Origin: Octopus bimaculoides | Lineage: Eukaryota | NCBI RefSeq assembly: GCF_001194135.2 | Contig: NC_068982.1 | Span: 119,225,753 to 119,289,752 of the forward strand | Direction: 5' to 3' | DNA: 64,000 nucleotides | Part shown: piece after piece, positions 1-13,638 of the stretch | How the letters are laid out: each line of letters begins with the position of its first letter | How positions within the stretch are numbered: the first letter of the stretch is position 1 | Made by a program: the position numbers and the translations under genes | Notes under the pieces: model-generated | Databases searched by the model: none | What the model was told of the DNA's origin: nothing | The model's input: the letters and a program-made list of their open reading frames with translations, nothing else

Positions 1-1542
1 AGTGATTGCATGAAATTAGTCCTTTGTGTTGTATTAGAAAAAAATGAAAGAGAGGTCCATTGGAATATTCTGTCAAGTTCTCTGTTCATGGCATTTGTGC
101 AGAGTTTTACATGAGTTGTTTAAGGAAAAATTAAGGGTAGTAACATATGCGTAGAGTTGGTACATTCAGCAATGACAGCAAGGAAGTTGAAGTATAGAAA
201 AGTAATATAGGAAAAGAATGAACACATAATCGTTAATGTGAGTAGCTAGTTGCATCAAACTTCTACCAACGTCGCAATAGTACAAACTTACAAGAAGCCT
301 TAAATACGTGAAACAAGACCTGGATGCGCTCATTTCCGGAGACTTCTAGCAGGGGTGCTTTCGCGTGGTAATCAAAAGAAATATATTTCGAGGGATTTTA
401 CCTAACATAAGCAGTGGAGTTTGATGTGCAGCTGACAGCACTGTTGATGTGTCCCCCATTAGAATACTAAGAACTGATGGAAAGAAAAATTCTGCAAAAG
501 TTGCTTTTTTTGTGAGCAATAATCGGCTTCGATTTATCAGACTTGACAGTTTAAAGGGGCTAGATCTTGCAGTGTATGGAAATAGATATCTAGATTGTGG
601 GTTGAGTAATATCCGGCAAGCGCTGTATACTGAAGTATTAATTTTCTGTAGCAGATATCATAGCCCATCACATCCTCATAAGCATAAAGCGAGGCGGTTT
701 ATCTTTACGCATGATAATGCTTCACTTACATGCAATGCTGACTGACCCCCGCGTTATGTGCGTAATATTTTAGCTTAAATACGCCTCACTCATCAAAATT
801 TATACGGTAACGGATCCACTACCGACATTTCCCCTTCTTCCACTCTCTTCGTATTGAGATTATGTCATTGGCCACTCACACCTTCTTACAGTCCCGTATT
901 CCTTTTTCAAACAACCTAAAACTTTGTCTCTTACGTATATTAATCTTTACCAGCGTACGCATGAAGTTATTTTAGATGTTCTTCCGCGTGCGTATACCTG
1001 ATATTATGACATATATCCATTGGCCGTTAATTATATATCCATTCAGCTATTTTCATACCGTCCCTATACGCACATGCATGCACACACTTGCAAACACACA
1101 TACATATAATTATAACATCTGTGATTTACCGGTTTCTTATTATCTATAATTATTTTTTCAGTTACTATAGAGACACACTATACTTTGAGACATTTCCTAG
1201 ATTTTTATCGTCTTGTAATTTTGGTACTTTTTAAACCACTTATTCAAATAATCGTTTTCATCTCATGAATGTCAGTTTTGAAATATGAGATTACATTCCT
1301 CCTCACGATAAACAAAGTGAGCTAAACCCCTGAACTTCACAGAATGTTTATTCCAGAAGTAGACTATCACCAGATTTGTTGGACGATGTTTATATACATA
1401 TTTGGTTGAATATATTAGCGTACATCCAACTTCAGACGTGTCATTTCCTATTCAAGTACTAGCGAAATATTGTTCCTCAAGAGCTATTGGTAACTTGCAA
1501 AACCCTTAATTACAGATATTTTTCTTATTTTTGTTTTTACAG

Positions 1543-1734
1543 GTCGTCGGCTCACTTGTTAATAACGGCCATGATCTGACATTTGAAGTAGACCAAACCA
1601 GTCAATGGGGAGTCAATATTAGTATGGGTCCGTTATCATATACTTATCGCGCAGCGAATCTAAAAGTCCATTTTGGAAGTAAAGATGAACGAGGTTCGGA
1701 ACATACTATAGCAGACAGAGCATTTGTTGCAGAG
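1543..1734 (+). CDS. CA10: Internal exon (64 codons, phase 0/0) of a carbonic anhydrase-related protein, CA10/CA11-like
   Basis: Acceptor ttgtttttacAG at 1541-1542 and donor GTaaga at 1735. Translation VVGSLVNNGHDLTFEVDQTSQWGVNISMGPLSYTYRAANLKVHFGSKDERGSEHTIADRAFVAE aligns by eye with CA10 VSGTMYNTGRHVSL...[31 protein letters not shown]...AFSGE. Confidence 0.93.
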
Positions 1735-3858
1735 GTAAGAGATTTATCAATATATTATATCTTTTTCCCATCCGAGGGAGCCACAAAGGGTGTTCTTAAT
1801 GTATTCCAGTGCTGATTACAAGTACGTTGATTCATATTACGTAATCACTATGAGAGCTATTTCTATATTCAAGGTATTGCTTTCTGAAGTAAAATGAAGT
1901 ATTCATAGCTATAAAAGGATATCATGAGTAACAAAGCTACTGTAAGCTGTCTATGCTATTTAAATCTAATATTCAAAATCTGATATGGTTGGACTCACAG
2001 CTGAAAGTGTGTAAAAACTCAACAGGGGCTTTTTTTCTTTTAACCACCAACTAGGAGGTAACACGAACTTAATTCATGTCAGACTTTGTTATCAATCCGT
2101 AGTAGCGAACGCATGAAGTATACAACTGATAAAACCTGGCCAAGTATCCTCTAATTTACAATATTACAAATGAAAGAACTATGGATCTTAGTCATAGATA
2201 AAGAGTCGGAAGAGGGAATGGATATGCATGAGTAGGCTGTATTTGATATTTGATTGACTGGAGTTGAACTCAAATTAACAACGTAAACAAGAACCAGCGT
2301 TTCGATGTCTTAGAACGTTGTGTTAAATCACTTATATCTATAATATGGGAGATGCTGTTGTTTAACACAACATGATGCCTTACTGAACAGATTTTCGATC
2401 TATGGACTTCTCAACAGCATGATTCCATCTTCGTTATACCTACAATTATGTATCACAATATGTTGTTTATTATTTAAAGTGGGACTGAGATTTCAATAAA
2501 TTTAGCTGTTATTCATGTGTGGTCAAGCTAGTACACTGAGTCAAATATTTTGGTGAATAGTTCGCTATGAATCTTATAGATAACAAATTCACTTTCAGGT
2601 TACACTAACCGGGAAATTTCAGTGATAAAAAGTAAACCATAGAAAGCGAGAAATCATTATTACCATTAAACAATACCTTGAAACGACATGACACTTTCAT
2701 GTAAATCTTGCAATGAAACGTGTAAATATAAACGAATGATCTCGTCATTATAAAGATCTGCTTAAGGTTATTTACCCCGTTTAAGGATTGTATTGCTGAT
2801 TAATTGCATTTACTGGATACAATACCAGTTTATGATATTAATTTTGCTATAAAACGCTAACCTCATTTTACATAGTTTATCTAACAATATCCAAGGAGAA
2901 ATTCGGAATCATAATCGAGCGAGTTATCGATGAAGCTTCTTTACGGCGGTTAACAACTGTTCACGTACCTGACAATACATTGGTAAATATAAATTCTGCA
3001 TCATAAAGTGATAAAGTACAGACGATGAGACATCTTAACAGAGGTGAACAAAAAAAATCAACTCAATATATGAAATATAATGGATATCTTTTGTGTTGTT
3101 TTCATTATTTCGTTGGAAGAATATATTTACCATCAAAATAGAATGAGTTCGAACTGCTGGCATTTGGGTACTAGAATGGAATAGCTTGTTTGTGATGGCG
3201 TATATTGGCTAGCTAAAAAATGGCACTGAATATATATGTCAATCACCCAAAAGACTTAAAAGATGAAGAGGAGAAACTATCATATAGCATAAAAAATAAA
3301 ATTGGGTTGTAAATCAGGACAATATAAAAGGGACCAAGCTGTACGTGATCATGAAGTTGTGAATGATGATGATGATGACAATGATGATGATGATGAAAAA
3401 GAGGAGGAGGAGGAGGAGGGCTTTAATTTCAGGAACAAATGCTGTGAAATAAGAAATTGGTGATTTCCATGCCAATGTATTTTCACTTATCTCAAAATTC
3501 TAATAGTTTCTTTTATCGTCATTATATTCTGTTTAAATAGTAAACACTGCATTTGAATTTCAGAGAGATATGATTTCAAATCTCGGAAATAAAAACGTAC
3601 CACAAAATAATCATTGACTTTTATATCAGTGTAAACTGACATCAGTAAGTACTGAAACATATCGGAACATTTTCTGAAGCGTGACCTTCATAGACTACTA
3701 GACGTCGAATCCCGAATATAGCAATAATAAAAAAAAAAACAACTATGTATATTAAAATGATTTCATATACAAATAGGATAACTGAAATTCAACCAAACAC
3801 GAGTTCTTGTGAGCAAAACAATTATTTAGATGCAGTACGTGGTACGATAAATGGGTTT

Positions 3859-4230
3859 GGGTTCAGTCCCACTGTGTGGCACTTTCTACAAGTATCTTCT
3901 ACTATAGCTCCGGCCAACCGAAAAATTGAAAGATTTTGTAGAGCAAAACTGAAAGAAGCCTGTCATATGTGTACGTATATCTCTTTATATATACATATGT
4001 GTGTGTGCTTGCGTATGTATATGTGTGTGTGTGCAGGTGTGTGTGTGTGCATCTATATATGGCGTCATTATGTATATATCTCACCACCACCTCTTGACAG
4101 ACACTGTTAAGTGAGGTGACAAAATAAGTACCAGGCTCTACACAAACATACTGTGGTCAGTTCATTTGGCCAAAAGCTGTTCAAGACAGTGCTCCAATTT
4201 GGCCACAGTCCAGTGACTGAAACAAGGAAA
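3859..4230 (+). mobile_element. tRNA-derived SINE, family 1 (5' truncated, internal (TG)n/(TA)n)
   Basis: gggttcagtcccactgtgtggcac...aagtatcttctactatag head/core and aaataagtaccagg...gtccagtgactgaaacaag tail shared with copies at 22504, 10180 and 16835. Confidence 0.75.
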
Positions 4231-4736
4231 CTAATATACATACATTCATATTTATGCATAGTTTACCGTTCAGCAAATTTTCTTTCCTTTTCCTTTTTCC
4301 GTTTTTATTCTTCATTCTTTTTATTCGTTATTTCTCTTATACCAGCGTACTGATTTGCAAATAGAATACACCGTGTGATCAGAGCTTGAGGAATGCCTGG
4401 AGACACATGGCAAGTTATAAGAGTGTGCTGAGATACGTGTTACCAAAGCGAGCAACTAGTAATAGCGCGTCACTGTATATTGTGTATGTGCGTGTGTGTG
4501 TGAACCATAAATTGTCACGAGGTATGAAAAGTGAATATAATAATTTGACCACGTTTTCATTAGGGTAATGGTTGCTTCACAGCCTGCTTCATGTAGTAAA
4601 AATTTCACTGTACAATATATTATGATTACATGTCTGCATTAATATGCATGCTTCACATTATACAACTCACTTGCATATTCACATATCAATGCAGATAATC
4701 GAAGCTAGCTCATCAGATCAACATATCTACATATGT

Positions 4737-4781
<45 letters not shown>

Positions 4782-5003
4782 TTTATTTTTATACATATAT
4801 ATGTTACAAATAATTACGATTCAGTTGAATAAGGTACTTAAGTTCATAAACCAAGCCAGTCCGGTATTATCCACAAAACTCAAAGTAAGGTGAATAGACA
4901 GCAAATAAGTTAGAGGGTCTCAAGATATTATTGCAATACGGCCGTTGTTGGAGGCGGCTACTCTTAATCGAACAATGCAAGCATTGCATCAATTTGAAAT
5001 ATA

Positions 5004-5254
5004 GCACCATCTTCAGTTGCAAAATACAAATTTTTAACAGTGAGGATATTCAAATATAGGTTTTAGTAAATATTTCCTCATGGCTAGAGAAAGAAATAAT
5101 TTCATGCTTCTACTAATTTAGCAGAGATATCTTCTGCTACATTTGTAGAAGCATGTAATTATTTCCTTCTCTCGCTCATTGTATATATTTACTAAAACCT
5201 ATATTTGAATATCCTCACTGTTAAAAATGTATATTTTGCAACTGAAGATGGCGC
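5004..5254. mobile_element. ~250 bp near-perfect palindrome (MITE/foldback-like)
   Basis: 5004-5074 gcaccatcttcagttgcaaaatac...ttttagtaaatat is the reverse complement of 5184-5254; symmetry continues inward to gcagagatatcttctgc at about 5122-5138. Confidence 0.85.
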
Positions 5255-7765
5255 GTCATATACGTACATTTATGTTTGAAGTATATTTTAATATGAAGAC
5301 AGTTAGTTGTTTCTCCAGAGAGAAAAATGAAGTTAGTGTAATTGTTTTTACTTAGCCTGGATTTCACGACCTTAAATATCCCACTCGCCAACGTTTATTA
5401 TATTTATAGCAGCCACCTAAATAATCGAGAAATTTACAATCAACCTTTTCTAAAAAATATAATATTAAATTTAGTTTCGACAAAATGGAGAAAGGTTTGC
5501 CATTTTTACTCCACGAAAAAATCAATTCATACATTTTTTAAGGAAGGTCAATTCTTAATATGGAAGTCTTTTATTTTACGCAGCTTATGTCATTGAACCC
5601 TCTGAATGCATTCGTTTATAACCTTTTATGAACTTTTACATCCTCAAAGAGATATTCTCAACTATTGTTGTCCAGCAAATTACTATGCAAGAATTATTAA
5701 TTTGCCAAAATTTGCTTAAGAGACTAATTGCATTTGACGATCCACTGAAAAAAAATAGGCGCATAAAAATACTTTGCAATGAATTTTTTTTTCTTTGACT
5801 GAGAAATTTACATCCTAACATGATGCTAATCAGAAGCCGACTAACATCTCTAAATATATAGTAACTTTCACAGAGAGCTGCTTAAAGTAATATAGTAAAA
5901 ACATATATCAAATTGACAAAGAAAAGCATGTTGTAATGTCAGATCAAATCCTCTTTGACTTCGAGCAATATATGACAAATCAAAATGGAATATGAGACCA
6001 AAATTATTTTTAAGAGGCTAATTGTGACTAAATATATCTCCCAGTTATTTCAACCGAATGATGAATTCGTTTATTTTATGGTTAAGGAATAATGTCAATA
6101 ATGATATCTTCCATGATCGCAGAGTAAATATTTTAGGGTAACAAACCTCATTCAAATAAATTATCACAAATAATTATATGAAAGTGAGTAGAGTTTTAGT
6201 AGAAAGGAAATCATTTTAAAATGGAACTCACAATCTAGTGATCTTGTATTTCTGAAGATATACCTACTTAATCATACCTCTTTGTTGAAGCGCACATCGC
6301 GAAGTATATATGCAGAAAGTACAGATTGTGTAACAATCAAGCATTTCTCAAGTTATTGACGTAAATTGATTTTAATAATAGGTTTCAAAGCTGGTACAGA
6401 TCGTCTTACAACACAAGGTACTGGTTGCTCAACAGCACAGTACACTTGAAATTTCTTTATAGACTTTTAGCTGAAGATAACTGATATTATCAGTTGGTCT
6501 TTGAGAGTTGCAATCCAATACTTTTGAGATTCGATTTGCTTCTTACAAACCTAAGGGTTGTTAGATAACATATTCTTACACACATACATCTGAAAATGTC
6601 ATGGTCAGTGCAGGTGCGACTCTGATCACAGTTTTATTGGATTAGTTTATGTTTTGCAGCTAAACAACGGCGGTGATATGATAATGAAGTAAGTCACCTA
6701 AGACGATGAGGAAATATAGTTAATTGAAAATTTAAAATAAGAAAAGTAAGCATTTGCTTAATAATTAATATTTGATTACAACTTGGCGAGTACGAATGGC
6801 AACCCAGAGTGTCTTTTACGTACGAGATATACCGTGTTGTCATCCGTATATTTAAGATCAAGTTAAATTAATATTAGTCAACTATGTTATGTTACCCTCT
6901 CTTTTCTGTGCAAGTAGTATTTCTCACTAGGTTCTTTTCCAGACTGCATTAAATACGTTGCCCCTAACTTGATTGATAGTATGACACATAACGAATATGG
7001 AACTCCACTATACACCGACAACTCAGTTCTCTGGCGTTCGACAACTTGAGGTAATTTTGCATGACCGGTATTTATCTAGCAAATTTTTATATACAGGATA
7101 TCTATAGAAATCGTCAAAGATTTATTTCAAGATTGGTTTGTTTCTTCTTTTTTTTTTCATAATCATGCATACATCACGGGAAAATGTGTAATGCAAAAAG
7201 TGTAGCGAATGGAACGGAACACAAAGTTACTTCAGAGAATAACATGAAATCCCTGAAGAAAGAAAATTGAATGTTCGATATTACATGGATTTTCTACAAC
7301 TACAACCTGCAATAAATAACTATTTTTCGTCTTTATACAATATGTCTCCATAATTCTGTCCAATGACCAATAACACTACGTGATCCAAACAATTTTTACA
7401 TTGCCAATGCTATTACAGCATCTACAAAGACGCGGAATTAATTTCATATTTTTACAAAAGTTACATAGTTTGAAGCAACATAGTTTCGCTATTGAATTAT
7501 GATATAAGAAGAAAAAAAAAACACTCAAAAAATAAAATAAAATAAATAAAATAAAAAATTAGAGAAACGCACAAAAGTTTCTCTAGTTTCATTTCTAGAA
7601 TGTTCTTGCATAACGCATGAAAAATAAAATTTAAAAAGTAAACAATGAAAATAAACAAAACATATATAATAATACTAATGATATACTCATTAGAATTCAT
7701 AATGTTAGCATTGTTGCAGGCTATCTCACTCTCTCTTTTTCTCTATGTGTATGCTATATTATTTT

Positions 7766-7770
<5 letters not shown>

Positions 7771-7831
<61 letters not shown>

Positions 7832-7840
7832 CTCTCTCTA

Positions 7841-7877
<37 letters not shown>
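7771..7877. repeat. (CT)n microsatellite
   Basis: Direct reading. Confidence 0.95.
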
Positions 7878-7879
<2 letters not shown>

Positions 7880-8208
7880 GTTATACACGCATATCACACA
7901 AACTCGCATGCATACACATATATAAAGACTCGTGCACATACAAACAGACATACGCGCACATACACCCACCTTGTGTCTTACCTTTCGTATGACGAATAAT
8001 GTTGGGAATAACTTCTACCACAGTGGCTAATAGTAGTCAATTAATTATAATTTTAATTTTTCCAAATTTCACATTGTTACGCAAACAAATGAAATGAATA
8101 TTAATTTTCAATATAAAATAATTATTAAATTGAAATATAGTTAAAAAAAATATTTCTCATTTGTGTATATAAAACAAAATACAATAAAGAAGCATAGTAT
8201 CGTACGAA

Positions 8209-8210
<2 letters not shown>

Positions 8211-8302
<92 letters not shown>

Positions 8303-8362
8303 AAGAAGAAGAAGAAGAAGAAGAAGAAGAAGAAGAAGAAGAAGAGAAGAAGACGAAGAAGA
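8211..8362. repeat. Compound (AAT)n-(AAG)n microsatellite
   Basis: Direct reading; it produces the poly-I/poly-R pseudo-ORF at 8163-8384. Confidence 0.95.
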
Positions 8363-9090
8363 GTGTTATACTTTGATGTTATAATTTTTAGAGATAAATT
8401 TGTTTTCGTTACTAACCATGCTTCGTAAATAAACGCATAACTTTATATTTATTGTACCTATGTAAAAGTTTCTTACATATCCAGCAAAAGGAAATTATTT
8501 AACCAACATTCCCCGTTTTATGAATGATATCATCGTAGTATTAGAAATAAAGTAACATTTAAATTGCAAGGAAGCAGCATAGTATTATAGCAAATTTTAA
8601 AAATTGCTGAGTTGATGGAGAAACTGTAGAAGGAAACAGAGAAGCAGAATTTCTACTACTCTGCTAAGGATAGTGCTGAATTTCTACTGTAGGTACACAG
8701 GAAGGTGTAGTAATCAATTAATTTAGGACAGTCTAAAAAGACTAGTAATGAGTATTATGTATAGTGTTTAGGATGTATAACTTAAAATTAAATATGCATT
8801 TTGTGTCGTAAAATTATGCTCTAAGAGGGCCTCTGCGGATTCAGTCATAAGAAACCAACCAGTTTCTTCGCTACTCAAGAATGCATAATTACCTGATTAG
8901 TGTTCTTTCGAAAGATGGCTGCCTGATTGTAGTTATTTATGTTTTAATATTTTCGTCAGTCTCTTGAGAATTATATATTTCAAATGAATTATTAACTAAT
9001 ATCGAAGCGAAGTGATTCGACCCATATTTCAGTCTATCAGAAAGCCGGACTGCAAACAAAACACGCACGCACTCACACATACACACACGC

Positions 9091-9123
<33 letters not shown>

Positions 9124-9124
9124 T

Positions 9125-9167
<43 letters not shown>

Positions 9168-9196
9168 TACAGACAGACAGACAGACAGACAGACAT

Positions 9197-9249
<53 letters not shown>

Positions 9250-9254
9250 CAGAT
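9091..9254. repeat. Compound (AGAT)n/(AGAC)n microsatellite
   Basis: Direct reading. Confidence 0.95.
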
Positions 9255-10122
9255 AGTAAGGAGAAGGAGAAAAAGGAAGGTGAAAGCAGTAGTTACTGAC
9301 CAGATAATTAGAGGAAATACGGATGAAAGCATTAGAGTGAAAATCTTTGATTCTAACTGCAAAGATGAATCAGCTTCTCCTACCACATTTTTTGTTGCGT
9401 AACGACCTTAATATGAATAAATATCTGAAATTCTCATAATGCAATTAATTTTCGTTCGGGAAAATAATCTATCAAAGTAATATACTATATTATTTCATTC
9501 GTATATTTATGTTATTGCTTATAAAGAATGCATGGGATTTAGTATTCAATATCTACAATATGGATGTGACAAATGAAATAGATATGAAAAACTGATCAGT
9601 TTTGAAGCAGAATTCATTGTTACAATGTGCTTGTAGTTTTCTGCTCGGTAAATCTTTTAATAACGATGATTGTAGAAAATAAAGCATGAGTCACACAAAA
9701 CAGGAGTTATGAAAATTGAAAACCAATTTTACATATTTTAAGTAAAGTACAACGTTAATATAATGGATAAATAATTTATATTCGTCTGGTGTCGGAAAGT
9801 ATTGCTTGCATCGTGAGATGTCTCCAAAAATATTTTCTTACAGGTTTCCTTATTAGGTTTCTTATGAAAATTCATATACATAATCAAATTATCAAGCAAA
9901 AGAAACGAGAATAATTGGACTCATATCAGGTTAGACATTTATTGACTTTCGGTTCATCATGGAAAAATATAAATGCAATGTGAGATTTGGTTATTTAATT
10001 TCATGCATGTGTTATAACGGAATGTTTATTAATGACCTTTTTAATTCACTAAACCAGCACATTGAAATGAAATTTACTATTATACGGAAGATTATTTGAA
10101 AGAAAAATTCTCAAAAGAAAAG

Positions 10123-10152
10123 CTAGCAGATATACCCGGCGTTGCTTTGGAT
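10123..10152 (+). mobile_element. Possible 5' terminus of a non-autonomous Helitron-like element
   Basis: ctagcagatatacccggcgttgctttgg resembles the ACTAGC...ACCCGGCGTTGC start of Lep1/HINE-type elements. Confidence 0.35.
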
Positions 10153-10179
10153 TAAAATAGGATAGTTATTTTATTATTT

Positions 10180-10375
10180 TGCTTGTTTCAGATATTTGAC
10201 TGCGGCCATGCTGGAGCACTGCTTTTAGTCGAGCAAATCGACCTGAGGATTTATTCTCAGTAAGCTAGTTCTTATGCTACCGGTCACTTTCGCCGAACCA
10301 CAAAGTTACAGGGACGTAAAGAAATCAACATCGGTTCTCAAGCGATGGTAGTGGTACAAACACAGACACACATAC
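10180..10375 (-). mobile_element. SINE family 1, 3' part
   Basis: Reverse complement of the tail seen at 22700-22860 (gacgtaaa, gtcgagcaaatcgacc, gcggccatgctgg). Confidence 0.75.
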
Positions 10376-10409
10376 GCACATACATATATATACACATATA
10401 TATATATTA

Positions 10410-10447
<38 letters not shown>

Positions 10448-10523
10448 ACACACACAAACACACATACACACACACATACACATACACAGACACACACACA
10501 TACATATACACACACGCACACAC

Positions 10524-10612
<89 letters not shown>

Positions 10613-10679
10613 GTCAGACGTGACCTCCGTGGTACAGTCAGCCAATCTAACTAGTTAGATCAGAAGCAGTTAGGAACGC

Positions 10680-11225
10680 AGAGGTCATCATAAAACTGCA
10701 GAAAGACCTGAACGAAGTCTACAAAAGGATGGGCTAAAAAAATAACAAGCAATTCGATGTTATGAAATTTCAGCAATTCACTATCGGTCCAACATCAGGC
10801 TAAAATCGAAATACACTGGACCAGAAGGTAATATAATCCCAGAGTCAGAGTCGGTCCGTGACCTGGGGTTTCAGATGAACAATGATGCAGCATACTATGT
10901 GCATATTACCGAGATAGCAACACAGTGGAGGCGAGTGACTGACTGGATTCTGAGGACATTCAGAACCAGGGAAACGGAAACCCGGCTACCCCTATGGAAG
11001 GCTTTCGTCCTTAGACGCTTGGACTTCTGCTCCAAGCTATGGTCCCCAGAGAGTGTGAAACAAACTGTGGAAGCAATCCAGCATCAACACAAACGAAGAT
11101 TGATTTGATGCCAAAGATGGGCAACTGGGAGAGGCTAAAGAAGCTGAGTCTCTTTTCCTTGGAGAGAAGACGAGAAAGATATGCAGTGATATATGCTTGG
11201 AAGATCTTGGAGGGTTTAGGAAAAT
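10680..11225 (+). mobile_element. CR1/L2-group LINE fragment (post-RT C-terminal part of ORF2), decayed
   Basis: WILRTFRTRETETRLPLWKAFVLRRLDFCSKLWSP and WERLKKLSLFSLERRRERYAVIYAWKILEGL, with frameshifts. Confidence 0.85.
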
Positions 11226-11261
11226 AAGTTGCTGAAAATGAATCTAAAAAACTTATATAAA

Positions 11262-11764
11262 TGCCAAACAATACTTTATTTATCAATGGAAAAAAGTTTA
11301 AAATTAGAAAAACAATCTTAAACGTTTCAATGTTGAATTAAAATGTTTCAATGTTGACAAAGTAAAATGGTTGAATGTTGACAAATTAAAATGTTTCAAT
11401 GTTGACAAAGTAAAATGTTTGAATGTTGACAAATTAAAATGTTTCAATGTTAAATTCATCTGATCCCAAAACATACCACGACAAGTGAAAGCGTCTATTA
11501 CAAGAGGATCAGAGAAACTGTTAACCAAATTTTTACTATTTTCATTTCACACATTTTTCTTTTTTCTTTTCAGTATGACATGCCGACCACAACTAAAATT
11601 AATAAACTTTGTACATTCAAACAAATTTATATAGCCTTGATTTTATTGACTGCTATGAACATTCAAACTTTGAAACATTTTAATTTGTCGACATTGAAAC
11701 TTTTAAATATGTTTTTTTCTAATTTAAAACCTTTACCATTGATAAACAAAACATATTGTTGACA
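11262..11764. mobile_element. MITE-like element with long imperfect TIRs and a subterminal 24-bp tandem array
   Basis: 11262-11335 matches the reverse complement of ~11685-11764; the 24-bp unit ttaaaatgtttcaatgttgacaaa is tandem at 11338-11451 and inverted at ~11666-11706. Confidence 0.7.
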
Positions 11765-11901
11765 CTACTTTGGTATATATGTAAACAAATGTATTGTAAA
11801 CATTTACGAGTTTTTGAAATTTAGGTGCATGTTCAACAACACATTTTACTATATATTTATATATATATATATATATATTTATGTACACAAATATATATAT
11901 A

Positions 11902-11949
11902 GGCGCAGGAATGCCTGCGAGACAGGAGTTTTGCTTCCCAACCACAAGG
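11902..11949 (+). mobile_element. SINE family 1 head, running into an assembly gap
   Basis: ggcgcaggaatgcctgcg...ttgcttcccaaccaca matches the head at 22504. Confidence 0.6.
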
Positions 11950-12361
11950 NNNNNNNNNNNNNNNNNNNNNNNNNNNNNNNNNNNNNNNNNNNNNNNNNNN
12001 NNNNNNNNNNNNNNNNNNNNNNNNNNNNNNNNNNNNNNNNNNNNNNNNNNNNNNNNNNNNNNNNNNNNNNNNNNNNNNNNNNNNNNNNNNNNNNNNNNNN
12101 NNNNNNNNNNNNNNNNNNNNNNNNNNNNNNNNNNNNNNNNNNNNNNNNNNNNNNNNNNNNNNNNNNNNNNNNNNNNNNNNNNNNNNNNNNNNNNNNNNNN
12201 NNNNNNNNNNNNNNNNNNNNNNNNNNNNNNNNNNNNNNNNNNNNNNNNNNNNNNNNNNNNNNNNNNNNNNNNNNNNNNNNNNNNNNNNNNNNNNNNNNNN
12301 NNNNNNNNNNNNNNNNNNNNNNNNNNNNNNNNNNNNNNNNNNNNNNNNNNNNNNNNNNNNN

Positions 12362-12416
<55 letters not shown>

Positions 12417-12539
12417 AGAGAGTTAAAGAAACAGACAGACTAAAAGACAGGAACTATTAGTGAGGGTGAGAGAGATTGTGTGTAGGCAAGAAAAACTGAG
12501 AATGAGAAAAAGAGAGAAGAGAGAAATAAGTAGAGGTAG

Positions 12540-13001
12540 AAAGGGTGAGAATCGGTTGAAAACTGCAGACATTTTTAGAGAAAAGCCCGTGTAAAATACT
12601 GTTTTGATTGGTTTCTCGCTTTATGCGGGAACTCTGGACAAAATGTCATAGTGTATGACCATCCATTTCTACTCTAGGCACAAGGTCCGAAATTTTTGGT
12701 GAGGCGGGCCAGTCGATAAGATCGACCCCAATACACACCTGGTACTTAATTTATCGACCCAGAAAGGATGAAAGTCAAAATTGACCTCGGCGGAATTTGA
12801 TCTGAGAACGTAAAGACAGATGAAATACCGCTAAATATTTCTCCCGGCGTGCTAACATGCATGACCATCCTTGGCACATAAGTAATGTGTGTATAAGTTT
12901 GGTGAAGTGTTGTGTGTGTAAGTTTGGTGAAAATCGGTTGAAAACTAGAAATCCATGCGTACTACACAGACAGACATTGTTTGTTTTATATATATATGGA
13001 T
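12540..13001 (+). mobile_element. Possible 3' part of a non-autonomous Helitron-like element, interrupted by a SINE
   Basis: aagtttggtgaaaatcggttgaaaac...acagacagacattg...ttttatatatatatggat resembles Lep1/HINE-type 3' ends. Confidence 0.4.
12665..12860 (-). mobile_element. SINE family 2 with a 10-bp target-site duplication
   Basis: Flanked by atgaccatcc at 12655-12664 and 12861-12870; homologous to 59795-60025 (-) and 48450-48635 (+). Confidence 0.85.
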
Positions 13002-13596
13002 GTCATAATTATTTTAAAGCATCCCTAGGATATTTATAGCATTAAAGCAAACATGCCTGAAATTCATTTATGACTCAGATGGATGTTTCATTCAGCTAGA
13101 TGATTTTATATATCAACCATATAGTCTTATACATCAATCAAACTGAGTTTAACATCATGCTGTGATAAAATAAATTGAAATCACGGTTTATCCATATCTG
13201 ATTCCGTAAGAGGACTAACGTTTTATTTAATATACCAGACTAGTTGATGTCTATTTTTAATTGTCGATATGAAACCATTGATTACGCAGAAACAATAATG
13301 ATTTGTTTCATAAGCGCAAGACTTTCTGTTTCAAAGGACAGTAGCAAAACAGTGTAGTTTTGTATAGTGGTGTTTCTATATTAAATCAATCTGAATGTAG
13401 TAATCGATAAAAATATCTGTGTTACGTATCATCAGCTCTATTTATTCACGCCAGTATATTATACTAAAAAATATTCTAGAAAATTATATCTGAGAAATAG
13501 TGAGAATAATAAACAGTAAAGCCAATTCTTGTGTCGTATCCAGTCAGCAAGATAAAACGATAAAATGGAACTGGATTTTAGAATGGTGCTCTAGTT

Positions 13597-13638
<42 letters not shown>

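Noticed and set aside
449-745. 98-aa ORF; possible LINE 3' relic on the minus strand
   Set aside because: No recognisable domain; the LINE resemblance is too weak.
6660-7050. Two exon-like segments with good splice signals (6660-6688 with GTAAGT; 6943-7050)
   Set aside because: No CA similarity, and both introduce stops when spliced to the 1734 donor. Such sites are expected by chance in a 39-kb intron. A poison-exon role cannot be supported without RNA-seq.
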